DNA of 64,000 nucleotides from Eledone cirrhosa. Taxonomy: Eukaryota. Within the stretch, counting starts at the first letter, position 1, and each line of letters opens with the position of its first letter. The notes beneath the pieces are model-generated. The model worked only from the letters and a program-made list of their open reading frames with translations, had not been told where the DNA came from and did no database searches. The translations under genes and the position numbers were made by a program. The stretch is from NCBI GenBank assembly GCA_964016885.1, contig OZ024743.1:126480001-126544000 (forward strand), written 5' to 3'. Below are positions 15,808 to 37,945 of this stretch, in pieces.

Positions 15808-17834
15808 AGACTCCCCTCTCAGACGAGAAGTCGAATGACCAAATGAAATCATTGTAGCGAGAACATGAGGAGCAAAGCAAAAGGTACAAGAACATGAATG
15901 GATAAAACATGAGCAAGCAAATAGCAAAATGAGCATAAAACAAGTAATGAATTTTTAAAAAGAATGTTTGAATGTAACGAATGATAAATCATAGTCATAC
16001 AAAGGAGCAGAGAATATTGATGCTCAATAGTAAAATCAATGTTTTTCAAAGTCAAATAGTTTATACATCACTAGTGTACAGACTTTTCTGACACTAGTTC
16101 TATATGAAAACTGAAAAAAAAGGAGGTATGTTAATGCATGGGGTTTAAATGTATATTGTTTTTGAGAGTTTTCGTGGCCATTTTACCGTCCTGCCACTTC
16201 GTGTGACATAAGGTTGTGTGGTATGTGGTGTTTGCGGTGGAGGTGAAAGTGTTGGTGCAGGAGTGTATGTACGAGGTGTATCAGGCAGTGTGATGAGACT
16301 TTCGGAGAAAGCCTTTTTTGCTCTGTCAATGGATATTGTCTCTTTTCGACCATTGACAGCCACTGTGAAATGTTTGGGTGTGTGCGAAAGCACACGAAAA
16401 GGTCCATTATAAGGTGACGTAAGAGGTCCCTTGACGGAATCATTCCGTATGAAAATGTGTGTCCACGTAGAGATGTCCGATGGGACAGCAGAAGAAATAG
16501 ATTGGTCACGAGGGTTCATCGGTGGAAGATCCGAGAAATACGAACGAATCCTGGTGACATATGATGCTGGGTCAAGATGTGATGAATCCACTGGTGCTAA
16601 CATTTGTCCAGGAAGAGACAATGTGGTACCATAAAGAAGTTCAGCAGAAGAAAAACCTAAATCTGTCTTAATGGCAGCACGACAACCAAGAAGCACGATA
16701 GGCAAAAATTCAGTCCAACGTTGTGGATCAGGAGTAGCGCGAAGTGCAGCTTCAACTGTCTATGAAATCTCTCTATCATTCCATTGGAGGCTGGGTGATA
16801 GCTGGTCGTATGCATGTGATGAGCACCCAAGAGTCGTGATATTTCACGAAATAAGGAAGCCTCAAATTGGCGTCCACGATCCGTAGTTATTTTAGTAGGA
16901 ACATCGAAACAAGCAATCTAATTGGAAATGAAAGCTCGAGCAACGGACTCTGCTGTTATGTCCATGAGGGGTATGGCTTCAGGCTACCGAGAAAAACGAT
17001 CGATACAAGTCAATATGTATGTGAATCCACGACTAACGGGCCATGGACCAACAATATCCATGTGTATATGACGGAAACGTGCGTCAGGGGGGCTGAATTT
17101 CCCAAGAGGAGCGCGGACATGCCGATGAATCTTAGAACGCTGACACTTCAAGCAAGAACGTGCCCAACTGGTGATTAAACGACGCATATTAGGCCAGAAG
17201 AATCGAGCCGTAATAAGCTTCACCGTGGCAGCTATGCCAGGATGTGACAAGGAATGAAGTGCATCAAAAACGGTACACTGATGGCAATCTGGAACAAGTG
17301 GTCTGGATGATCCAGTAGAAATATCGCAGAGAATTTTCCCTTCAGAAGATGGAAGAGGTAAATATTCCAATTTGCAGCAGGAGAACTGGTCAGAGGAAAT
17401 GTCCAGCGAATCCAAAGTAGGTTGGTCAGTTGCAATGGCAACTAAATCGATATATGCAGGAGACGCAAGAGAACACACAGAAAGCCGAGATAGTGCGTCT
17501 GCGGGTATGTTGGAAGTTCCGATTATATGACGGGTGTCACTGGTATACTGTGAGATGAGATCCAGATGTCTATACGCTCTCGGAGAGTACTTGTCTGACT
17601 TGGATTGTAAAGTGAACGTTAACGGTTTGTGGTCCGTGAATATCGTGAACTCCCGCCCCTCCAAAAGTTCTCTGTCAAAGGTGCTATATCTCTGTTCTGC
17701 TGGTTTTAATTGGCGAGAGAAAAATGCCAATGGTTGAACTTGGTGATCGATTAAATGATGCAAAACTGCGCCAACAGCACGATCAGATGCATCAACAGAT
17801 AAGGAAAGTCTCGCATTTGCAACAGAGTGCTACA
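15441..17834 (-). mobile_element. Internally deleted Ty3/Gypsy LTR retrotransposon (RNase H, integrase, 3' LTR)
   Basis: VDASDRAVGAVL, FFSRQL...YSTFDREL, FTDHKPL, an HHCC motif (HSLSHPG...CLKC) and GPY/F (SPYNGPF). A PPT-like GAGAGGGGAGTCT precedes TGTAGCGC at 15807. GACA is duplicated at 15437-15440 and 17835-17838. Confidence 0.88.
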
Positions 17835-18870
17835 GACACTTTCCGTTACCTGGGTGACGAAATCAGCAGTGGTGGAGGGTGTTCTGAAAGTACAGTAGCC
17901 AGAGTCAGAACGGGATGGAAAAAGTTCAGAGAGCTTATACCGCTGTTGGCCAAAAAAGGTTTCTCTCTAAAAATGAAAGGCAGATTGTATACGAACAGCA
18001 ATGCTACATGGCAGTGAGACATGGGCATTGCGTGCAGAGGACCTGCGTAGACTGGAAAGGAACGACGCATGCATGCTCCGTTGGATGTGTAATAGTAATA
18101 TACGTGAACGGCAAAGCATAAATGAACTAAATGAGAAATTAGGAATAAGAGGGATCAGATGCTGTTTACTTGTTGGTATGGCCACGTGATGCGCATAAAA
18201 GACGACAGCTGTATAAAAAAGTGCAGGGCGATGAAACATTATGGTAGTTACGGAGTAGGTAGACCCAGAAAAACCTGGGACGATCTGATAAATTCCGTCC
18301 TTACACACTTGCACCTCTCTAAGACAATGTCACTGGAACGAGATCTTTGGCGCTATGCAGTAATACAGAAGACCCGCCTTGCCTATGTACAAAGCGAAAC
18401 CTACAGTCAGTAGGCACCTCTTAACCAAATATACACCCCAATCCACTACCCCTACCCTATCCTCCCACTCCCACCAACACCACCCTCTCTCTATAAAGTT
18501 GGTACCACAACATCCAGTCCAAATAAATGAGATCGAGATCGTGTATGTGTCACGAGAAAAAACACACAGTCCACGCTGTAATGTGGCCGTGTAGGTAACA
18601 CAGTAAAAAGTTCCCAGTTCCACACTGTAAATGTGGTTGGTGTTAGGAAGGGCATCCAGCCGTAGAAAAACCTGCCAGATAATCCTATATGAGCGAGACA
18701 TGGTCACCCGACCAACCTTGCCTCAAGTGGGACAACTCCCGTCTAACCCATGCTAGCGTGGAAAATGAACGTTAAACGAAGATGATGATGATTATGTGTG
18801 TATATATATATATATAAATATATATATATATGTGTGTGTATATATATATATATAAATATATATAATATAT

Positions 18871-18904
<34 letters not shown>

Positions 18905-18909
<5 letters not shown>

Positions 18910-19920
18910 CAAACTAAATAAAGTCACAGATATATATGTGTTTTGGCAACCATTCACGATGTGGCTCAATGAAGAATTAATAAATTAAATAATCAGAGCA
19001 ATATATTATAAAGTATGTCCATAGAATTCTTTGATAATATATATACACCATTTCCTCTCCCAATTAGCATAATTAACTACACAAAAAATCAATTAGACCA
19101 GGCTATAAGATTAAAAGGCACCTATGAAGAAATAGTAAATAAATAAACGACAGCAATCTCTTCGCGGCCAACCGCCATAGAATATTTACCCAACATTTCA
19201 ACAGCAGGTGGAAATCGATTAAATATACGGTCAACCATACACAATTAGGTATAAAATTAAAGTTAGAAATGCTTATATACATACCAGGATTGTGTCCCTA
19301 CCATTGGGTTTTATTTGCATTTTGATATATCCTATTAAGGATAAAATCTCGAGCTTCGAACTCATCAGGAGACAAACTTGTTAGGACAGATTATTTTATA
19401 AAGTGGTCCCCGCCAAACACGAATTCAAAATGGTTAAGAATCGTGACGTGGCAGTGGTCAAGTCAGAAAGAATGTGATTGGTTTCTTACGGCGAGTGGGT
19501 TGGTTGCTAGAAAGCGCAGTCCAATATTGCCCAAATTGCATCTCAACTTTATGGGAGATTATTAAATATAAAGATTTACATATACAAACTAAACAAAGTC
19601 ACAGATATATATGTGTTTTGGTAACCATTCACGATGTGGTATGTATGTAAGCATTTCTAACTTTAATTTTATACCTAATTGTGTATGGTTGACCGTATAT
19701 TTAATCGATTTCCACGTACTGTTGAAATGTTGGGTAAATATTCTATGGCGGTTGCTCGCAAAGATATTGCTGTCGTTTATTTATTTACTATTTCTTCATA
19801 GGTGCCTTTTAATCTTATAGACTGTTCTAATTGATTTTTTGTGTGGTTAATTATGCTAATTGGGAGAGGAATTGGTGTATATATATTATCAAATGATTCT
19901 ATGGTCATACTTTATAGTAA
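18905..19920. repeat. Composite repeat A-B-C-A-B(inverted) between (TA)n tracts
   Basis: ~18905-18965 is directly repeated at ~19580-19640; ~19000-19285 is inverted at ~19638-19920. Confidence 0.8.
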
Positions 19921-19940
19921 ATATATATATATATATATAT

Positions 19941-28540
<8,600 letters not shown>

Positions 28541-28604
28541 CATATACACACACACATATATATATATATATATTCACACACACATATATACATATTTATA
28601 TATA

Positions 28605-28665
<61 letters not shown>

Positions 28666-28670
<5 letters not shown>

Positions 28671-28859
28671 AAAAAGTATGACCCCGACGGCAGAGCTCAA
28701 GCCGTTTCGACGGCTAATTCTGGACGCAGAATTAGCCGTCGAAACGGCTTGAGCTCTGCCGTCGGGGTCATACTTGTTCCTATTACCCACTCTACTACCC
28801 TAAGTATTGAGTACTTTGGTGCGTTATGGACCATCTGGTTTCTTACCACATTTCCTTCG

Positions 28860-28860
<1 letters not shown>
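28666..28860. repeat. Near-perfect 57-bp-arm fold-back plus ~75-bp tail, inside (TA)n
   Basis: 28666-28722 is the reverse complement of 28727-28783 with one mismatch; the loop is GACG. Confidence 0.9.
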
Positions 28861-28932
<72 letters not shown>

Positions 28933-29061
28933 GAGGTATCCACTGTAAGTTGTGGGGTCTATTCTGTATGAAGAACTCAATGTAATCCATATGTTGAAAA
29001 TGTTGTAGGTTAAGATAAATCTCAGAAAACAATAAAACATTAAAAGGAAAACAGAGTCATG

Positions 29062-29305
29062 ATATAAGTTAAAACAATGAAATAAAAAATCAAGTCATTA
29101 GAGATATACTTCACTGCTTTACGATCGTTTCTAGATGCTGATAATACATTGTATCTATACTCAGTTATTGATCTATGTAAGTTTACAAACTATCAGATAA
29201 AGAGAATATTTACTTACATGCATATCACCAGCTGTTTTCAAAAGCAATAATAATTTTATTCAATAATAATTTTACTTAGAATTAGTATCATGTCCATATT
29301 TGGAG
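29062..29305. repeat. ~245-bp AT-rich segment with a near-identical inverted copy at ~34787-35030
   Basis: Direct comparison, e.g. CACTGCTTTACGATCGTTTCTAGATG versus CATCTAGAAACGATCGTAAAGCAGTG. Confidence 0.85.
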
Positions 29306-29510
29306 ATAGAATAACATTTATTGGTACCTCTTTCCCCTAATTATATGCTTTCATGCTTACTTTTGCCTTTTAATGTTTTAGCTTCCTTAGATTTATGCGT
29401 TAATGACTAAAGGTAACAAGATACACAGCCACCCGTAATTGCATGAGTGAAAATAAACATCTATGTATGATATGGAAATATATTTATGTGTGTATATATT
29501 TGTGTATGTG

Positions 29511-32465
29511 TCATCATCATCATCATCATCACCGTTTTACGTCCGTTCTTCCACGCTAGCATGGGTTAGACGGGTTGTCCTGCTGTGGGCAGTGTCTGGT
29601 CGGCTGACCATGCCTTGCTCATACAGGAACTGATCTGGCTTGATTTCTACAGCTGGATGCCCTTCCTAACACCAACCTCATTTACAGTGAGTGCTGGGTG
29701 CTTCTTTTCATGGCGCCTACACGTCCACTTTACAGTGTGGGCTGGGTGCTTTTTTGCCGTGGCACCTCCACGACCACCTTGCGGTGGGGGGTGTGGGGGC
29801 ATATTGTCTATATGCTTCAGCTTGTACCCATGGGAGGTCGGATACTCTGTATTACTGCGTGACGCCAGAAGTCACGGTGGTGTGTCATTGCCTTTGAGAG
29901 GTGTAATTGGGTAAGGTCGGCTTTTATCACCTCATCCCAGGTCATCTTGGGTCTCCCCACTCCGCGGTTTCCATCAACTTCTAGTGCTCTGCACCTTTTT
30001 ATGCAGCTGTCATCCTTCATACGCATCACATGTCCATACCAGCGCAACCGCCTCTCCTGCACACAGCATTTGATTCCTCTTATACTCAGTCTCTCTCTCA
30101 ATTCATTTATGCTTTGTCGTTCACGTATATTACTGTTACACATCCATCGGAGCATGCAGGCTTCGTTTCTCTCTAATCTACGTAAGTCTTCCACCTTCAG
30201 CGCCCAGGTCTCACTACCATGCAACATCGCTGTTCGGATACACGCATCACACAGTCTGTCTTTCATTCTGAGGGAGAAGCCTTTTGCAGCTAGCAGTGGT
30301 AGTAGTTCCCTAAACTTCTTCCATCCCGTTCTTACCCTAGTTATTGTACTTTCTGAACACCCACCTCCGTTGCTAATTCGGTCACCTAGGTAGCAGAAGC
30401 TGTCTACTGTTTCTACAGGGCCCTCCCAGAGATTGGTGGTACTTGTTTCCTGTGGCTATTTGCTGCTTGCTGTCTCAGCACAGCGGCTGCATGTGAATCC
30501 TACATTCTTAATTAAGCTTCCTGAGATCCCGCTACATCTCTTGTGTACCCATTGTTTGCATTTGGGGCAGAGAATGGAGTTCCTACCTACACCTTTCCTA
30601 CATACTGAGCAAGGCCATTTCCCTGAGGGGCTCTGGGTTCTGTTTTCTCGTCTACTTACAAGGACCTTAGTCTTTGTCATGTTGACTTTGAGACCCTTTC
30701 TTTCTAGTCCCTGCTTCCAAGTTTGGAATTTCTCCTCTAGTTCTACCATAGATTCAGCTATGAGTGCGTGGTCATCAGCATACAGGAGTTCCCATGGGCA
30801 TCCGGTCTTAAACTCCTCCGTTATTGCCTGCAGGACTATGATGAACAGGAGAGGGCTAAGAACAGAGCCCTGGTGGACACCTGTACGCTAAATTCCTCGC
30901 TATACTCATTGCTAATCCTAACTTTGCTGACTGCTCCCCTATACATGGCTTGTACCGCTTTCACAAGCCATTCATCTACTCCTAGTTTTCTAAGAGCCCA
31001 CCAGATTACAGCACGTAGAACTCTGTCAAAGGCTTTCTCAAGGTCGACAAATGCCAAGTAGAGTGGCTTACTTTTAGCTAGGTACTTTTCCTGTAATTGC
31101 CTCACAAGGAAGAGGGCATCAGTGGTGCCTCTTCCTGGTACAAACCCAAATTGCATCTCGTCTATTTTCACCCGGTCCCTAATCAGCTGTGCTCTAACTC
31201 TTTCTGTTACATTCATGACCTGGTCCATCAACTTTATACCTCTATAGTTTCCTCTATCTAGTGCATCGCCTTTACCTTTGTAGCAGTTGACGCTACTGCA
31301 CCAATCTTTTGGTATGGCCCCTTCTAGTATTACCTGGTTAACGATACGTGTGGTTATAGTGTGACCTACAGATCCAGATGCCTTCAGCATCTCGGCAGCT
31401 ATACCCGATGGACCGGTTGCCTTCCCCATCTTCATATCTTTGATTGCCTTACTTACTACGCTGCTGCTGACTTGTACTGCTGGCCCCTCTATAGGGTCTA
31501 CTTGGGGTAGGGTCTCTTCTTCCCATGCATTCTCCTCATTTAGTAATCTATCATAATGACTCTTCCATGCATCTTTCTTCTCAGCACTTGTGAGGGCAAG
31601 CTCACCTTTATCATTCCGGATACACTTCTCTCCAATGACATCACAACTATCTCTGACACACTGCCTCGCAATCTTGAATACCTCCTGTTTCTGGTCCTCA
31701 CGTTGTAAACATGCTTGAATTTTCTATCCTCTGCTTCCCTCCTAGCTAAGTATACTTGTCGCCTAGCTTCCCTCTTGGTCTCTATGTAATGTACCCTGCT
31801 GCCCCCGTTCTTCCATTCTTTCCATGCCTGTCTCTTGGCCTTAACTGCCTCATCTACCTTATTGTTCCACCACCAAGTCACTCTCCTCCTGCTTGAGGTC
31901 TTACTCCAGCCACAGACCTCATCCGTCGCCTCTAGTAAATTATTTTTTAGGAACTCCCAGTTCTCTTCTACATTAAATGTCTCTATCTGTTCTTCTTTAC
32001 TGCCGTAGGCGTTGAGTAAAATATCTTTAAATCTGTTACTGGTTGAGGGGACTTTCAGCTTCCAGATCTTTCTTCTCCAGGTTGGCCTCTGTTTCCGAGT
32101 TCGTCTAGTTCTGACCGTGAGGTCGCTGACAACTAAGTATGTTGGGATGTACATTCCTCACTAGGGTAGGCTTTCGTGTTTACGACCGTCCATCTGTCAC
32201 GTCCTCTGATGAGGATAAAATCTAACTGACTAGAGTGCTCCCCTGATCTATAGGTGATCAGGTGGTTGTCGGGTTTTTTAAAGTTTGTGTTACATATCGA
32301 CATGTCATTGGCGTCGCAGAATTCTAGAAGTCTGAATCCTTCCTCATTCCTTGTGCCAACCCCATGGCCTCCATGTACTCTATTGAAGCCGTCGCAGTGT
32401 TTACCTACGTGTCCGTTAAAATCTCCTGCGATGATTAGGAAGTCTTTGTCGTCTGTTAGAGCAGT
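29511..32465 (-). mobile_element. RTE LINE pseudo-copy (APE plus RT with PHD finger)
   Basis: IIAGDFNGHVG, QLDFIL, MQFGFVPGRGTTDA, DLEKAFDRV, PHD finger, RLRWYGHV; the tail appears as (CAT)n on the + strand. Confidence 0.92.
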
Positions 32466-32947
32466 AGTGTGTATATATATCACATTCCCGAATATCTTTC
32501 GCGGATATAGATGTTATCTCCCTTGCTTGATACCATGTGCGTCTCAACTAGGGTTGGCTTTTTTATTCGTTTGGACAAAGCCCGTTGATAAAGTATTCCA
32601 GTCCGCCGCTCTCTAGAAGTCTTATATATTTTTATGTGGGCTGATAGGGGGCGGTTTAAGGAATTACAGAAACCCAAGAAGCTAAATTTACCATCTTTCT
32701 AGTGGGTCCGGGTAAGCTTTTTACATTCATATGATTTATTGATTTATTGATATTTTATCTGAGTGACCCGAATCTTCCTGATCGTAATTTTTCGGTCGTA
32801 TGGGTGATTTTAGACATAATCTTTGTGTGTTGGTATTTTAACGATAGTTATAGCTCTGATTTATCTGAATTATTGAGCCCTCTGCCACTCATGTCGAATT
32901 TTGTTTATCGTGAACTCGTGCGCCGATTTTTCGATACTCGATTATTC

Positions 32948-33004
<57 letters not shown>

Positions 33005-33008
<4 letters not shown>

Positions 33009-33440
33009 ACCTTTAAAGTCACAGCATACCCGCTTTGGCTAAGAACGAAAGACTTGCTGAAGAAGTAAATCCTATGTTCTGTCGTCAAAAACCATTATAT
33101 TGCAGACTCCTGCAATAGGAATTTGTCGATCATGGATTTGCAGAAATTTAACGCTGTCGCTGCGTGCGATTTTGCGATCAATATTGTGGAAACACCATGT
33201 GGATTGTATATTTTAAACCCAGCCTCAGCGTTATGTCCAGGTCAGTAAAAAATCTTTACCTGGGTCCTGTATTTTCGTTGCTCTAGTGATGCGGTCGGCC
33301 TGCCGACTGCTAATTTGATAAGCTGTCTGAACATAATGTTATACTCTGGGGTCTTACCTCATATGAGTGCTAAAGCTACAAACCGAATAAGCATACACGT
33401 TAGCTTGGCCGTATACTAGAGCTTCGTCTATGCTGTACTA
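33005..33440 (-). mobile_element. Possible highly decayed LINE RNase H fragment (I/Nimb/Ingi type)
   Basis: Broken-frame motifs resembling xYTAELxA...SDSLS...WIPGH; weak. Confidence 0.3.
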
Positions 33441-33444
33441 AAAT

Positions 33445-33445
33445 T

Positions 33446-33508
<63 letters not shown>

Positions 33509-33665
33509 TTATGTATGTGTATATGTGTATATATGTATATGCTTGTGTATGTGTGTGTGTATGTATGTATATGTATGTATATGTGTATATATGTATATAT
33601 ATATATATATATGGGTGTGTATATATATGTGTATATATATATGTATGTGTGTGTGTATGTGTATG

Positions 33666-33740
<75 letters not shown>

Positions 33741-33907
33741 GTTTGTGTGTGTGTGTATATGTGATTATAGGTGTATGAATGTTTATATACGAGTATGTGC
33801 ACATGTAAGATGAATGTACATATACTCACACAAGTGTGTATATATATGTGTGTTGTATATGTATATATATATATGTGTGTGTGTGTGTATGTATATGTAT
33901 ATATATG

Positions 33908-33956
<49 letters not shown>

Positions 33957-34200
33957 CTGTGTCTATATATGTGTATATGTGTGTGTATATATGTATGTAT
34001 GTATGTATGTGTGTGTCTATATGTATGTACATGTATGTATGTATGTATGTGTGTGTGTGTGTGTATATATATATGTATATGTGTGTATATGCGTATGTAT
34101 CTGTTTATGTATATGTATATATGGGGGTATAGATGTGTATGTGTGAATATAGATATGTATGGATATGTATATATATGATTATATGATTGCGTGTGGATGT
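33445..34200. repeat. Compound (TA)n/(TG)n/(TATG)n microsatellite
   Basis: Seen directly in the sequence. Confidence 0.95.
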
Positions 34201-35023
34201 GTATTTAGGTTTGCATCTATTTGCACGTATGTATATTTTGGTTAGATATCAATATAACTGTACCTCTCTCTATATGTGGTGTGAATATGTGCACTCTGTA
34301 GACTATGAAATTTATGTTTTTTAACTATGCCAACATGTACTTATCTGAGTTTGATTATTTATGCATAAACATACTTATTAATATTTTAGAGCGTATAATA
34401 TGTTATATTATACTGAGTGAATTTTACCATATTGTACTATATTCTGTTGGTTAAGTTGTATATTATCGCATTACTATATCACATTATCTTACTATAATTT
34501 TCATCTTTTAATATACTATCTTTCCTAGCCATAACATTAATTTATATTCACCTTAAAACTCAATACAACACTAATCACCATTTATTTTGACATTCCTTTT
34601 AAATTCACTATACAAGATACATTCAACTATCAGTTTGACAATCCCCTTCCTAAGAGATTTTTATGTCATTTCTATTAACACCTTTCAACCATTCCTTTCA
34701 AAGGGTCATGACCTCAACTAAAGTGTATTACTTTTCATCTTAACACCATATGAAAAAACAATTTGATTCTTTAGTTCTTCAACTACCTCCAAATATGGAC
34801 ATGATACTAATTCTGAGTAAAATTATTATTGAATAAAATTATTATTGCTTTTGAAAACAGCTGGTGATATGCATGTAAGTAAATATTCTCTCTATCTGAT
34901 AGTTTGTAAACTTACATAGATCAATAACTGAGTATAGATGCAATGTATTATCACCATCTAGAAACGATCGTAAAGCAGTGAAGTATATCTCTAATGACTT
35001 GATTTTTTATTTCATTGTTTTAA

Positions 35024-35083
<60 letters not shown>

Positions 35084-35100
35084 TATATATATATATATAG

Positions 35101-37850
35101 TAACACAAACTTCAAAACACCCGACAACCACCTGATCACCTATAGATCAGGGGAGCATTCTAGTCAGTTAGATTTTATCCTCATCAGAGGACGTGACAGA
35201 TGGACGATCGTAAACACAAAAGCCTACCCTAGTGAGGAATGTACCTCCCAACATAGCTTAGTTGTCAGCGACCTCACGGTCAGAACTAGACGAACCTGGA
35301 AACAGAGGCCAACCTGGAGAAGAAAGATCTGGAAGCTGAAAGACCCCTCAGCCAGTAACAGATTTAAAGATATTTTACTCAATGCCTATGACAGTAAAGA
35401 AGAACAGATACAGACATTCAATGTAGAAGAGCACTGGGAGTTCCTGAAAAATAACTTACTAGAGGCGACGGATGAGATCTGTGGCTGGAGTAAGACCACA
35501 AGCAGGAGGAGAGTGACTTGGTGGTGGAACAATAAGGTAGATGAGGCAGTTAAGGCCAAGAGACAGGCATGGAAAGAATTGAAGAACGGGGGGAGCAGGG
35601 TACATTACATAGAGACCAAGAGGGAAGCTAGGCGACAAGTATACTTAGCTAGGAGGGAAGCAGAGGATAGAAAATTCAAGCATGTTTTGCAACGTGAGGA
35701 CCAGAAACAGGAGGTGTTCAAGATTGCGAGGCAGTGTGTCAGAGAGAATTGTGATGTCATTGGAGAGAAGTGTATCCGGAATGATAAAGGTGAGCTTGCC
35801 CTCACAAGTGCTGAGAAGAAAGATGCATGGAAGAGCCATTATGATAGATTACTAAATGAAGAGAATGCATGGGAAGAAGAGACCCTAACCCAAGTAGACC
35901 CTATAGAGGGGCCAGCAGTACAAGTCAGCAGCAGCGTAGTAAGTAAGGCAATCTAAGATATGAAGATGGGGAAGGCAACCGGTCCATCGGGTATAGCTGC
36001 CGAGATGCTGAAGGCATCTGGATCTGTAGGTTACACTATAACCACACGTATTGTTAACCAGGTAATACTAGAAGGTGTCATACCAAAAGATTGGTGCAGT
36101 AGCATCATTGTCAACTGCTACAAAGGTAAAGGTGATGCACTAGATAGAGGAAACTATAGAGGTATAAAGCTGATGGACCAGGTCATGAAAGTAACAGAAA
36201 GAGTTATAGCACAGTTGATTAGGGACCGGGTGAAACTAAATGAGATGCAATTTGGGTTTGTACCAGGAAGAGGCATCACTGATGCCCTCTTCCTTGTGAG
36301 GCAGTTACAGGAAAAGTACCTAGCTAAAAGTAAGCCACTCTACCTGGCATTCGTCGATCTTGAGAAAGCCTTTGACAGAGTTCCATGTGCTATAATCTGG
36401 TGGGCTCTTAGAAAACTATGAGTAGATGAATGGCTTGTGAAAGCTGTATAAGCCATGTATAGGGGAGCCGTCAGCAAAGTTAGGATTAGCAATGAGTATA
36501 GCGAGAAATTTAGCGTACAGGTTGGGGTCCACCAGGGCTCTGTTCTTAGCCCTCTCCTGTTCATCATAGTCCTGCAGGCAATAACGGAGGAGTTTAAGAC
36601 CGGATGCCCATGGGAACTCCTGTATGCTGATGACCTCGCACTTATAGCTGAATCTATGGTAGAACTAGAGAATAAATTCCAAACTTGGAAGCAGGGACTA
36701 GAAAGAAAGGGTCTCAAAGTAGACGAGAAAACAGAACCCAGATCCCCTCAGGGAAATGGCCTTGCTCAGTATGTAGGAAAGGTGTAGGTAGGAACTCCAT
36801 TCTCTGCCCCAAATGCAAACAATGGGTACACAAGAGATGTAGCGGGATCTCAGGAAGCTTAATTAAGAATGTAGGATTCACATGCAGCAGCTGTGCTGAG
36901 ACAGCAAGCAGCAAACAGCCACAGGAAACAAGTACCACCAATCTCTGGGAGGGCCCTGTAGAAACAGTAGACAGCTTCTGCTACTTAGGTGACCGAATTA
37001 GCAGCTGAGGTGGGTGTTCAGAAAGTACAATAACTAGGGTAAGAACGGGATGGAAGAAGTTCAGGGAACTACTGCCATTGTTAGCTGCAAAAGGCTTCTC
37101 CCTCAAAATGAAAGGCAGACTGTATGATGCGTGTATCCGAACAGCAATGTTACATGGTAGTGAGACCTGGGCGCTGAAGGTGGAAGACTTACGTAGATTA
37201 GAAAGAAACGAAGCCTGCATGCTCCGATGGATGTGTAATAGTAATATACGCGAACGACAAAGCATAAATGAATTGAGAGAGAGACAGAGCATAAGAGGAA
37301 TCAAATGCTGTGTACAGGAGAGGCGGTTGCGTTGGTATGGACATGTGATGCGTATGAAGGATGACAGCTGCATAAAAAGGTGCAGAGCATTGGAAGTCAA
37401 TGGAAACCACGGAGTGGGGAGACCCAAGAAGACCTGGGATGAGGTGATAAAAGCCGACCTTACCCAATTACACCTCTCAAAGGCGATGACACACGACCGT
37501 GACTTCTGGCGTCACGCAGTAATACAGAGTACTCGACCTACCATGGGTACAAGCTGAAGCATATAGACAATATGTCCCCACACCCTCCCACTGCAAGGTG
37601 GTAGTGGAGGTGCCACGGCAATAAAGCACCCAGCCCACACTGTAAATTGGACGCGTAGGCGCCACGGAAAAAGCACCCAGCAGTCACTGTAAATGAGGTT
37701 GGTGTTAGGAAGGGCATCCAGCTGTAGAAATCAAGCCAAAATCAGTTCCTGTATTAGCAAGACATGGTCAGCCGGCCGGACACTGCCCACAACAGGACAA
37801 CCCGTCTAACCCATGCTAGCATGGAAGAACGGACGTAAAATGGTGATGAT
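35101..37850 (+). mobile_element. RTE LINE pseudo-copy, same subfamily as 29511-32465 and 12065-13298
   Basis: Near-identical translated segments (GVHQGSVLSPLLF, ELLYADDL, PHD finger); several stops. Confidence 0.92.
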
Positions 37851-37893
37851 ATATATATTTATATATATATATATATATACACACACACATATT

Positions 37894-37945
<52 letters not shown>

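Noticed and set aside
32480-32950. Unique-looking block between TA tracts, possibly a PLE N-terminal relic
   Set aside because: No diagnostic motif recognised in any frame; left unannotated.
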